DNA from: Acidobacteriota bacterium
GTDB taxonomy: Bacteria; Acidobacteriota; UBA4820; DSQY01
Reading direction: 5' to 3'
Assembly: GCA_037440125.1 (NCBI GenBank)
Contig: JBBIUU010000008.1
Location: 1-59,564, forward strand
DNA: 59,564 nucleotides
A model generated the notes under the pieces. It made no database searches and was not told the origin of the DNA. It saw only the letters and a program-made list of their open reading frames with translations. Made by a program: the position numbers and the translations under genes. Of this stretch, positions 12,101 to 24,865 are shown in pieces. Numbering within the stretch: the stretch's first letter is position 1; each line of letters begins with the position of its first letter.

Positions 12101-12178
12101 GCCCTGCTGCGCGAACGCAGTCATGGACAGAGCGAGCGCCAGCACGAACAGGGCACTCCATTTCACGATATGCCTCAT
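9125..12178 (-). CDS. TonB-dependent-receptor-like outer-membrane protein with an N-terminal carboxypeptidase-regulatory-like domain
   Basis: ATG at 12178 is preceded by GGAGGTGAAGAT. Signal peptide MRHIVKWSALFVLALALSMTAFAQ. CarboxypepD_reg-like segment LQGRVTDEAGQPVIGAMIQV...GNYVIPFLPVGTNYQVKVEAPGY. Plug-like segment present. Long Tyr/Gly/Asn-rich barrel ending in ...RLAIRWTF. Confidence 0.85.
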   Translation of the reverse strand: MRHIVKWSALFVLALALSMTAFAQQGGGLQGRVTDEAGQPVIGAMIQVTGVTLAGFQGAATDTTGNYVIPFLPVGTNYQVKVEAPGYNSVVRKGVSIPLGMTISLPFVLSQGKTEIVVTAAAPLIDVKKTEVGANVSDKMINSIPLPRGSDAIAFLAPSAVTSGLAGTPSIGGASGPENSYTVNGVDVTGSGDGLNLTSLNFDFIEATEVKTGGLDAEYGALMGGNVNSITKSGGNEFHGGLFIYYFDDSLGAAERAVNNPTVVNYRSSFKQYDIGASLGGYFVKDKLWFFVAYDYNKTETGNTANGGDANVFVNGGQSYSWARGTGYTNKETDPQWALKLTWNINPNHKLAFTYFGNNDKFTGYRNLGNPGPVASPYQDNLDNYALSLQWNATWTPKFFTEVVVSKRSTTEDIYSTNQAAQDNWGYYYRYGSGTYAGYQVRPVDGVTSIPRQWLIDQGDTNYYYYNPITRAIDLSSSGFTPSLGGRTYSYTDDENTQVRIKGTNLFNALGRHELSYGFQYYDIKYDYDFNYTGPGWTELAPVDPFYGRTTPGGAVIRWQYTTSGSVPSHYLYRAQGFMNNNAKKTSQNYYAYWAQDNWNLTDYFMLKLGVRLDQIHMKGGNNNINVPSTFADPSMANGQARTVNINDMWAPRIGFTWDIAHNNKSKLYGFWGQYYERIPNDMAIRALTDEYFHFSYFMDAGLTQPFQPANPGYHYTYGLYPTQITSGPNGGGLKGSYNEETILGFQYEVAPDFTLGVRGIYRNLGRVIEDISVDGASTYIVTNPNNWTNVWVPDPFGRVNPDGSPWRWRFPTPVRMYKALEITAEKRFSNHWMFQGSYVLSRLEGNYEGLFSNDNGQLDPNITSKYDIPSLLVNGYGLLPNDRTHVLKLYGGYFFENIPLELSGNFQLQSGTPISKLGADDAYGLNEGFCTPRGTAGRTPTTWTFDLGAQYTFKIWKSNLALRADIFNLFNNQVTTRVDQTYNTANTADAQNYPYFKMETAHQAARRIRLAIRWTF

Positions 12179-12278
12179 ATCTTCACCTCCATAACCTCCG
12201 AAGATTTGCTTTACCTCCCAAGACTTTGCGGTTCTCAAAAGGACGCTATACCACCTCCTTTCGACTCTCACGTCAGGT

Positions 12279-12308
12279 AGGGTAGCAAATGACTTTCCGA
12301 CGTGTCAA
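12279..12308 (-). promoter_or_regulatory. Candidate sigma70-type promoter for the receptor gene
   Basis: On the minus strand, TTGACA, an 18-nt spacer, then TACCCT with TGC just upstream. This would give a leader of about 95 nt. Sequence match only. Confidence 0.3.
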
Positions 12309-12576
12309 CCCCCCCGCGCCCCCTTTGTGTCGCTTCCGCCACGTATCTTGCCGCCTCCCGGGAAGCCTATCCGGCTTAGCCCCGGAGCGTCCTCGCCCAA
12401 CCGGAGGACTGCATTGCTTCCGTGAGGGTTGTGTCTATTTGGACACATCTTTCCCCGGCTGCTGTTTACGGTGAGGAAATGGCCCGCGCATATGACATTT
12501 ATCATGATTGATATCAGGATGTTACGCGCGACGCCGCAGAGAGATTTCGCCCCCAAACCCAACTCAAGCCCGTTAA

Positions 12577-14030
<1,454 letters not shown>

Positions 14031-14037
<7 letters not shown>

Positions 14038-14948
14038 CTTCGTTTGAGCAGGTCCAACCCCTCCTCGACCGCGCGGCGGAGGCTCTCCGGGTCGGCCGTC
14101 CCCAGGCCGGCGATGTCGAAGGCCGGCCCGTGGTCGGGCGCCGTGCGGAGGAAGGGCAGGCCGAGGGTGCAGTTCACGGCGTGCCCCCGGCTCATCATCT
14201 TGGCGGCGATCATGCCCTGGTCGTGGTAGAGCGCCACGGCGATGGCGTCGGGGCCGTCGGAGCGCAGGAAGAGGCTGTCCGCGGGGATGGGACCCTCCAC
14301 CTCGATGCCCTCGGCGATGAGCGCCTCGATGGCCGGCTCGATGGCCTCGCGCTCCTCGCGGCCCAGGAGGCCGCCCTCCCCCGCGTGGGGGTTGAGGCCC
14401 GCCACGCGGAAGCGCGGGCGGGAGTTGAGCTGGCGGTGCCAGGCCTGCGCGAGCCCGCGGATGAAGCCCTCGAGGGCCTCCCGCGTGATGGAGGGCGCGA
14501 TGTCCCGGAACGGCAGGTGGGTGGAGAGGAGCGCCACGGGCGTGGAGCCCGTGAGGAAGACCATGTAGGGCTTGGAGGAGAACATCTGCCCGAGGTACTC
14601 GGTGTGGCCCGAGAAGGGGATGCCGCAGCGGCGGATCGCCTCCTTCGACACGGGCCCCGTCACCAGGAGGTCGCCGTTCTTGGCCTCCATGCGGCGGCAG
14701 GCCTCCTCGAGGGCGAGGAGCGACACGCGGCCGTTGTCCGGGTGCGGGCGCTTGTGAAACCGGAGGGCCGGGAGGTCCACGTCCTCCCACTGGACGCCCT
14801 TGGGCGCCTCGGGGACGGTGCGGAGGGGGCCCATCACGGTGATCTCGGCCATGTCCTGGAGGTCCCCCGGCTGGAGGATGGACCAAAGGATCTCGGGGCC
14901 GATCCCGCCGGGATCGCCCACCGTCATGACGACTTTCGGACGGCTCAT
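14031..14948 (-). CDS. pdxA: 4-hydroxythreonine-4-phosphate dehydrogenase
   Basis: ATG at 14948 inside the track ORF. The product is MSRPKVVMTVGDPGGIGPEI...GHTEYL...NPHAGEGG...YHDQGMIA...RTAPDHGPAFDIAG. Confidence 0.93.
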
Positions 14949-15307
14949 GCCTCGCGCTCCTTGAAGATGTACTTGATGCAGTGCTTGTAGACGAGCAGGT
15001 TGGGTTCGTTGAGGCGGTGGATCTTCAGGCAGTCGCGGTCGTACCACTCGATCCAGCCGTGCAGCTCCTCGCCGTCGGTGAGCACCACCACGAGGGGCGT
15101 CTTGGCCCCCATCTGCTTGAGGTAGTAGAAGTTCTCGGCGTTGGTCTGCTCCGGGGGAACCTGCTTGCGCCGGCTGGGAGATAAGGCGCTGGACCCGGCG
15201 CCGCCGTCCTCGGCCTTCGCCTCGCGCACCTCGCGGACCTCCCGCGGTTCGCGGGGGGCGCCCTTGTAGTCACGCAGGTTGGGCCGGATGAGCTTGCGGT
15301 CTGGCAT
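14945..15307 (-). CDS. Hfq-like (Sm-fold) RNA-binding protein with an N-terminal extension of about 55 aa
   Basis: ATG at 15307 with AGGAG 5 nt upstream. The C-terminal 65 aa align with Hfq architecture: FYYLKQMGAKTPLVVVLTDGEELHGWIEWYDRDCLKIHR...LLVYKHCIKYI (compare the YKHAI Sm2 motif). Its stop overlaps the pdxA start as ATGA. Confidence 0.7.
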   Translation of the reverse strand: MPDRKLIRPNLRDYKGAPREPREVREVREAKAEDGGAGSSALSPSRRKQVPPEQTNAENFYYLKQMGAKTPLVVVLTDGEELHGWIEWYDRDCLKIHRLNEPNLLVYKHCIKYIFKEREA

Positions 15308-15324
15308 GTCGGCTCCTGGGTGGA

Positions 15325-15996
15325 TCAGCCGCCCTGGGGCGCCTGCTGGCCCCCGGCGGGCTTCTTGGAGGGGCACTCGTATTTCAGGCAGCACATGAGG
15401 CGTCCGCACCGGCCGGAGATCTTGGCGGGGTTCAGGCTGAGCCCCTGGTCCTTCGCCATGCGGATGGTGATGGGGTAGAACTGCTGCAAGTAGGAGCCGC
15501 AGCAGAGGGGGCGGCCGCAGTGGCCGTAACCCCCGAGGAGGCGGGACTCGTCCCGCACGCCCACCTGGCGCATCTCGATGCGCATGTGGAAGCGGTGCGC
15601 GAGGTCCCGGACGAGCTCGCGGAAGTCCACGCGGTTCTCGGACGTGTAGATGAAGAGCAGGCGGCTCTCGTCGAAGAAGAGGTGCGCCTGCACGAGCTTC
15701 ATGTCGAGGCGGTGGGCCTTGGCCTGGTCGCGGCAGTAGATGAAAGCCTCGCGCTCCACTGCGCGGTGCTTCTGCCGGCGCTTGAGGTCCTCGTCGCCCG
15801 CGAGCCGGAGCAGCCGGAGCACCTGGCCCTGCGCCGCGCACCCCTGGAGGAAGTTGCGCGCCTCCAGCACCTGGCCGTAGGTCTCCCCCGCTTCGGTCTG
15901 CACGATGCAGGGGGTCTGGCGCATGATCGTGGGGCCCTCCCACGAGGCGTACACGGGCCTTGACTGGCTGTCGATCTGGACTTGGTAGAGGGTCAT
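15325..15996 (-). CDS. ricT: PSP1-domain protein (RicT/YaaT-like)
   Basis: 223 aa, ...LLFIYTSENRVDFRELVRDLAHRFHMRIEMRQVGVRDESRLLGGYGHCGRPLCCGSYL...SGRCGRLMCCLKYE. Confidence 0.88.
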   Translation of the reverse strand: MTLYQVQIDSQSRPVYASWEGPTIMRQTPCIVQTEAGETYGQVLEARNFLQGCAAQGQVLRLLRLAGDEDLKRRQKHRAVEREAFIYCRDQAKAHRLDMKLVQAHLFFDESRLLFIYTSENRVDFRELVRDLAHRFHMRIEMRQVGVRDESRLLGGYGHCGRPLCCGSYLQQFYPITIRMAKDQGLSLNPAKISGRCGRLMCCLKYECPSKKPAGGQQAPQGG

Positions 15997-16036
15997 CGTC
16001 GTTCCGGTCCCCGCCCCCCCGGGCGTCTATGCGCGT

Positions 16037-16065
16037 ACCATAGGTCAGGCACCCGACGCTGTCAA
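16037..16065 (-). promoter_or_regulatory. Candidate sigma70-type promoter for ricT / hfq-like / pdxA
   Basis: On the minus strand, TTGACA, a 17-nt spacer, then TATGGT, about 40 nt upstream of the ricT ATG. Confidence 0.45.
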
Positions 16066-16129
16066 GCTGGAGCGCGGTTCCGGTCCCAAGAAAGGCATCT
16101 GTCGCTGGGGGAGACGGCTCAACGGACGC

Positions 16130-17101
16130 TCACGGCTCCGAAGGCGCCGCCACCTCCTCCGTGAAGGTCCCCATGGCGCGGAACTTCTGGTAGCGCGACT
16201 CGAAGAGGTCCTCGGGCCCCAGCGACGACAGCTCCTCGAGCTCCTCCTGGAGCACCACGTCGAGCGCCGAGAAGACGGCCGAGGGGTCCACGTGCGCGCC
16301 GCCGAGGGGTTCTTCCACGATGCGGTCGATGAGCCCGAGCCTCAACAGGTCGGGCGCGGTGAGCTTGAGCGCCGAGGCCGCCGTCTCGGCCTGCGCGGCG
16401 TCCTTCCACAGGATGGCCGCGCAGCCCTCCGGCGAGATCACCGAATAGATGGAGTACAGGAGCATGTTCACGCGGTCGCCGATGCCGAGCGCGAGCGCCC
16501 CGCCGCTGCCGCCCTCGCCCGTCACGGTCACGATGATGGGCGTGCGGAGTCGGGCCATGACCTCCAGGTTGTACGCGATGGCCTCCGCCTGGCCCCGCTC
16601 CTCGGCGTCCATCCCGGGGTAGGCGCCGGGGGTGTCGATGAGGGTGAGGATGGGCAGGCGGAACTTCTCCGCCATCTGCATGATCCTCAGCGCCTTCCGG
16701 TAGCCCTCCGGCTTGGGCATGCCGAAGTTCCGGTGGATCTTCTGCTTCGTGTCGCGCCCCTTCTGGTGGCCGATGACGCACACGGGCCTGCCGTGGAAGC
16801 GCGCGAACCCCGCGACGATGGCGGGATCGTCGGCGAACCGCCGGTCCCCGTGGAGCTCCTGCCAGTCCGTGAAGAGGCCCGCCACGTAGTCGAGGGCGTA
16901 GGGGCGCTTCGGGTGGCGCGCCACCTGCACGGTCTGCCATGGCGTGAGCTTGGCGAAGACCTCCTTGCGCGTCTTCTCGAGCTTCTTGCGGAGGGAGGCG
17001 AGCTCCTTGTCGCGGTTCTTCCCCTCCCCGAAGAGCGTGAGGTTCTCGATCTGCGCCTCGAGCTCCTGGATGGGGCGTTCGAAATCGCGGGGGTCCTTCA
17101 T
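16130..17101 (-). CDS. accA: Acetyl-CoA carboxylase carboxyltransferase alpha subunit
   Basis: 323 aa, ...[21 protein letters not shown]...[22 protein letters not shown]...[14 protein letters not shown]... Confidence 0.96.
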   Translation of the reverse strand: MKDPRDFERPIQELEAQIENLTLFGEGKNRDKELASLRKKLEKTRKEVFAKLTPWQTVQVARHPKRPYALDYVAGLFTDWQELHGDRRFADDPAIVAGFARFHGRPVCVIGHQKGRDTKQKIHRNFGMPKPEGYRKALRIMQMAEKFRLPILTLIDTPGAYPGMDAEERGQAEAIAYNLEVMARLRTPIIVTVTGEGGSGGALALGIGDRVNMLLYSIYSVISPEGCAAILWKDAAQAETAASALKLTAPDLLRLGLIDRIVEEPLGGAHVDPSAVFSALDVVLQEELEELSSLGPEDLFESRYQKFRAMGTFTEEVAAPSEP

Positions 17102-17105
17102 GGCC

Positions 17106-20651
<3,546 letters not shown>

Positions 20652-20705
20652 CCTGTTATCTACCTTACGAGTTTTACTGGGGAGAGCATCGAGCCTTCCC
20701 GATGC

Positions 20706-20862
20706 GAGCCGGGGAGCCGGGGAGCCGGAGAAGGGAGAGAAAAGATCGATGGCAATCCGGATTCTCGTCTTCCATTCCTTGACCCATCTTCGCCTCTCCG
20801 GCTTTCCGAATCACCGGCTCTATCTTCTCGCCGGCTCACCGACTCTCCGGCTCTCCGGCTCG
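20706..20862. repeat. CCGGCTCN-family 8-mer arrays in inverted orientation, flanking a spacer of about 60 nt between guaA and dnaE
   Basis: 20706-20730 is gagccggg gagccggg gagccgga g. 20791-20862 is cgcctctccggctttccgaatcaccggctctatcttctcgccggctcaccgactctccggctctccggctcg. Confidence 0.7.
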
Positions 20863-20876
20863 CGTGCTTTGCCGAG

Positions 20877-22421
20877 CTACTCCCACTCGATCGTGCCCGG
20901 CGGCTTGGACGTGACGTCGTATACGACCCGGTTCACGCCGCGCACCTCGTTGACGATGCGCGAGGCGACGCGGGCGATGAAGTCGGGCTCGAAGCGGTAC
21001 CAGTCGGCGGTCATGAAGTCCTCGGTGGTGACGGCGCGGAGCGCCACCACGCGGTCGTAGGTGCGCTCGTCGCCCATGACGCCGACGGAGCGCACGGGCA
21101 GGAGCACGGCGAAGGCCTGCGCGATCGCGTCGTAGAGGCCCGCGGCGCGGATCTCCTGGAGGAAGACCGCGTCGGCCTCCTGGAGGATGCCCACGTCGTC
21201 GCGCCGCACCTCGCCCAGGATGCGCACGGCGAGGCCCGGGCCGGGGAAGGGCTGGCGCTTCACGAAGGCCTCGTCGAGGCCGAGGAGGCGGCCCACGGCG
21301 CGGACCTCGTCCTTGAAGAGGTCGCGCAGGGGCTCCACCACCTTCATGTGCATGCGCTCGGGGAGGCCGCCCACGTTGTGGTGGCTCTTGATGACCTGCG
21401 CCGCGCCCGAGGTGGCGGCGGACTCGATGCGGTCGGGGTAGATGGTGCCCTGCGCGAGGAAGCGCACGTCGCCGAGCTGTTTCGCCTCGTGCTCGAAGAC
21501 CTCGATGAAGGTGCGGCCCACGGCCTTGCGCTTGTCCTCCGGGTCGCTCAGGTCCTTCAGCGCCGCGAAGAAACGGTCCGAGGCGTCCACCGCCCGGAGC
21601 TTGAGGTGGAACTTGTCCCTGAAGGCCTCCTGCACGAGACGCGACTCGTCCTTGCGCAGGAGCCCGTGGTCGATGAAGAGGAGGTCGAGCTTGTCGCCGA
21701 TGGCCTTGTGGATGAGGAGCGCCATGACGGAGGAGTCCACGCCGCCCGAGATGGCGCAGAGCACGCGCTCCGGCCCCACCTCGGCGCGGATGCGCGCCGC
21801 CGCGGCTTCCACGAAGGAGTCCATGGTCCAGTCGCCGCGCACACCGCAAACGTCGTACAGAAATCGTCTCAGGACTTCGCGGCCCTGGACGGTGTGCGTG
21901 ACCTCGGGGTGGAACTGGATGGCGAAGAGGCGCCGCGCGGGGTTCTCGAAGGACGCCACGGGCGCGTTCGGTGTGGAGCCCGCGATGGCGAACCCCTCGG
22001 GGAGCCCCTCCACACGGTCGCCGTGGCTCATCCAGATGGGCTGGGAGCCGGGCATGCCCCGGAAGAGCGCGCAGGACTCGGCGCCTGTGAAGAATGCGGG
22101 GCCGTACTCGCGGTGGTCCGAGCGCGCCACAGAGGCACCCAGCGCCCACGCCATCCACTGCATGCCGTAGCAGATGCCCAGCACGGCCACGCCCAGCTCC
22201 AGAAGACCCGCGTCGGGACGCGGCGCACCCTCGGCATAGACCGACTGCGGGCCTCCCGAGAGGATGATCCCCGTCGGCCCGAAGGCTTGGATGCGTTCGA
22301 GGGGGAGGCTCCAAGGCTCCACTTCGCAGTAGACCCTCGCCTCGCGGACGCGCCGGGCGATGAGCTGGGTGTACTGCGAGCCGCAGTCCAAGATCAGGAT
22401 CTTTTGCGGGTGGGCGGTCAT
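20877..22421 (-). CDS. guaA: GMP synthase (glutamine-hydrolysing)
   Basis: ATG at 22421. The product is MTAHPQKILILDCGSQYTQLIARRVRE...GICYGMQ...SGGVDSSV...KPPGTIEWE. Confidence 0.96.
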   Translation of the reverse strand: MTAHPQKILILDCGSQYTQLIARRVREARVYCEVEPWSLPLERIQAFGPTGIILSGGPQSVYAEGAPRPDAGLLELGVAVLGICYGMQWMAWALGASVARSDHREYGPAFFTGAESCALFRGMPGSQPIWMSHGDRVEGLPEGFAIAGSTPNAPVASFENPARRLFAIQFHPEVTHTVQGREVLRRFLYDVCGVRGDWTMDSFVEAAAARIRAEVGPERVLCAISGGVDSSVMALLIHKAIGDKLDLLFIDHGLLRKDESRLVQEAFRDKFHLKLRAVDASDRFFAALKDLSDPEDKRKAVGRTFIEVFEHEAKQLGDVRFLAQGTIYPDRIESAATSGAAQVIKSHHNVGGLPERMHMKVVEPLRDLFKDEVRAVGRLLGLDEAFVKRQPFPGPGLAVRILGEVRRDDVGILQEADAVFLQEIRAAGLYDAIAQAFAVLLPVRSVGVMGDERTYDRVVALRAVTTEDFMTADWYRFEPDFIARVASRIVNEVRGVNRVVYDVTSKPPGTIEWE

Positions 22422-22473
22422 CGGTCCCTCGTGCACGGGGGGAAGTATACCGTGGGAAGCCCGATGGAGGAAG

Positions 22474-22503
22474 GCGTGAGGCATGAGGCGTGAGGCGCGA
22501 GCG
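22474..22503. repeat. Tandem 7-mer array (GTGAGGC-type)
   Basis: gcgtgaggc atgaggc gtgaggc gcgagcg. A related array in inverse orientation lies at 23883-23908. Confidence 0.65.
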
Positions 22504-22529
22504 GAAGTGCTGCAGAACAAGGAGAAAGG

Positions 22530-23564
22530 CTATCCGCCCCCAGCTCCCTGCTCCCCGCTCCCGGCTTCCGAAAGCACGCCGGAGGCCCAGATCTCGAACC
22601 CCTCGAGGAGCTCTCCCGGCGTCTTGTACCGTTCGAGCGACCCCCTCAGCGACGAGGAGCCGGGGAGGCCGGCGGTGTACTTGCCGAGGAAGGTCTTCAT
22701 CCGGTGGAGCGCGAGGCCCTGGGGACCGAGGGCCATGAGGTCGGCGAAGTGGTCGCGGATGAGGTCCAGGCGGTCCTTCACGGTGGGCGTGGCGTAGCTT
22801 CCCGTCGTGCGCAGGTCTTCGATCTGGCGGAAGATCCACGGGCTCTTCACCGCGGCGCGCCCCACCATGACCGCGTCGCAGCCCGTCTGGCGCCAGAGCT
22901 CGAGGGCCGCCTCGGGCGTGGTCACGTCGCCGTTGCCGACGACGGGCACGGGGACGGCGGCTTTCAGTTCGGCGATGCGGTCCCAGCTCGCGCGCCCCGA
23001 GTAGCCCTGCTCTTTCGTGCGGCCGTGGAGCGTGAGGCCCGCGACGCCCTCCTCCACGAGGGCGCGGGCCACCTCCACGAAGGTGATCTCCTCATCGCTC
23101 CACCCCAGGCGCATCTTCACCGTCACGGGGACCTTCACGGCCCGCACGACGGCTCCGGTCACAGCCGCCGCGGCGCGCGTGTCCCGGAGGAGCGCCACGC
23201 CGCACATGCCCTTCGTGATCTTGTGCGCGGGGCACCCCATGTTGATGTCCACCGCGTCCGCGCCCTCCTCCACGCAGCGGCGGGCCGCGTCGGCCATGTG
23301 CTCGGGGTCGGAGCCCGAGAGCTGGAGCGCCACGGGGTGCTCGTCGGCGCCGATGCGCAGGTACTCCTCGGAGCGCATGCTGCCGCGCACGAGCCCCTCC
23401 GAGGAGAGGATCTCGGACACCACGAGTCCCACTCCGCCGCAGCGGCGCACGACGCGGCGGAAGGTGACGTCGGTGAGACCCGCCATGGGCGCGAGGACGA
23501 GCGCCGGGCGGATCTCCAGGGCGCCGAGCGCGTAGCCCGACGGGTAGGTGGGGCCCTGACTCAC
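22530..23564 (-). CDS. tRNA-dihydrouridine synthase
   Basis: 344 aa, ...LVLAPMAGLTDVTFRRVVRR...DAVDINMGCPAHKITKGMCGVALL... Confidence 0.9.
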   Translation of the reverse strand: MSQGPTYPSGYALGALEIRPALVLAPMAGLTDVTFRRVVRRCGGVGLVVSEILSSEGLVRGSMRSEEYLRIGADEHPVALQLSGSDPEHMADAARRCVEEGADAVDINMGCPAHKITKGMCGVALLRDTRAAAAVTGAVVRAVKVPVTVKMRLGWSDEEITFVEVARALVEEGVAGLTLHGRTKEQGYSGRASWDRIAELKAAVPVPVVGNGDVTTPEAALELWRQTGCDAVMVGRAAVKSPWIFRQIEDLRTTGSYATPTVKDRLDLIRDHFADLMALGPQGLALHRMKTFLGKYTAGLPGSSSLRGSLERYKTPGELLEGFEIWASGVLSEAGSGEQGAGGG

Positions 23565-23827
23565 GGCCCGGAGCCCCCGCCGAGTCGCTCGAAGAACTCG
23601 GCCTCCCTGCCCTTGGGCACGGGGCGCAGAGCCTCCTGGAGAACTCTCACTCGCTCGGGCGGGCCCTCGTCCTCGTCGAGGATCGTGAGGACGTCGCCGG
23701 GCCTCACGTCGCGCCCGGCCTTGGCCGGGTGCCCGTTGAGGAGGACGCCCCCGCCCGAGGCGGCCTCCTTGGCCGCCGTCCGGCGCTTGATCAGGCGCGT
23801 GTTCTTCAGGAAGACGTCGAGGCGCAT
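23561..23827 (-). CDS. S4-domain RNA-binding protein (HslR/Hsp15-like)
   Basis: 88 aa, MRLDVFLKNTRLIKRRTAAKEAASGGGVLLNGHPAKAGRDVRPGDVLTI. ATGA overlap with dus. Confidence 0.75.
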   Translation of the reverse strand: MRLDVFLKNTRLIKRRTAAKEAASGGGVLLNGHPAKAGRDVRPGDVLTILDEDEGPPERVRVLQEALRPVPKGREAEFFERLGGGSGP

Positions 23828-23882
23828 GGTCTTCGGCCCGGGAAGGCGGATGGCGCGGGCCCGGGAGCCGGCGGCCCGGCCT

Positions 23883-23908
23883 CCCTCACGCCTCGCGCCT
23901 CACGCCTA
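23883..23908. repeat. Tandem 7-mer array (reverse complement of the GTGAGGC type)
   Basis: ccctcac gcctcgc gcctcac gcctac. Confidence 0.6.
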
Positions 23909-24865
23909 CAGATACTTCGGATTCACCCGGACGTAGTTCTGGGCCTTCAGTTCCGCGATGTACTCTTTGTAGGCCGCCTGGAACTTTTCCTCCTTGATGG
24001 CCTGGATGACGGCCTCGCGGGCCTTGTCGAGGGAGGGCACGTCGGGGGTCTTCTTCTCCTCCACGCGGAAGATGTACCAGCCGGCGGAGGTGGCGATGGG
24101 GTCGGTCACGCCCCCGACTTGGAGGGAGGTCACGGCATGGGCGATGTCGGGGCTCAGCTCGCTGACGTTGAACCACCCGGCCTCGCCCTTGTTGTTCTTG
24201 GAGAAGGCCTCGGAGTACTGCGCCGCGAGGTCGCCGAAGGTCTTGCCCGCGGCCATCTCCTTCTTGACCTGCGCCGCGAGCGCCGCGGCGTCCTCCTGCG
24301 TGTGCCCCTTCTTGAGGACGAGGATCTCCTGGAGCTGGACCTGCGGCTTTCCGGAGAGGTCGCCCTTGTGCTTCTCGTAGAAGGCGTTGATCTCGTCGGT
24401 GCTCACGCTGATCCGGGAGCGGATCTCGCGGCTCTTCATGAACTCGGGCACGTAGATGAGGAGGACCTGCTTGCGGAACTCGTCCATGGTCATGCCCTCG
24501 CCGGCGAGGGCCTTGGCCAGGTCGTCCTTGGTGTTGAGCTTGTTCTCCTTCATGAAGTTCTCGATCTGCCCGTCCACGATGGCGTCGACCTGGTAGATCT
24601 GCTTCGCCTTCTCCACGAGGAGGAGCTCGTCCTCCATCTGCTCCAGGAGGAACTGGGGGACCTGCTGGAGGCGCTGCTCGATGTCGGGGCCCTTGTATTC
24701 GCGGCGCATGCCGTCCTGGGTGTTCTTCAGGCGCTTGTCGAACTCGGACTTCGTCACCACGGCGTCGTTCACCTTGATGACGATCTCATCCACGATCTCG
24801 GCCCTGAGGCTCTGGACCGGGGCCGCCATGACGATCGCGAGACTGAGGAAAACCAACCGCTTCAT
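23906..24865 (-). CDS. Periplasmic chaperone / peptidyl-prolyl isomerase, SurA-like (SurA_N plus parvulin domain)
   Basis: 319 aa. Signal peptide MKRLVFLSLAIVMAAPVQSLRA. Parvulin-like segment GEAGWFNVSELSPDIAHAVTSLQVGGVTDPIATSAGWYIFRVEEKK. Confidence 0.85.
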   Translation of the reverse strand: MKRLVFLSLAIVMAAPVQSLRAEIVDEIVIKVNDAVVTKSEFDKRLKNTQDGMRREYKGPDIEQRLQQVPQFLLEQMEDELLLVEKAKQIYQVDAIVDGQIENFMKENKLNTKDDLAKALAGEGMTMDEFRKQVLLIYVPEFMKSREIRSRISVSTDEINAFYEKHKGDLSGKPQVQLQEILVLKKGHTQEDAAALAAQVKKEMAAGKTFGDLAAQYSEAFSKNNKGEAGWFNVSELSPDIAHAVTSLQVGGVTDPIATSAGWYIFRVEEKKTPDVPSLDKAREAVIQAIKEEKFQAAYKEYIAELKAQNYVRVNPKYL

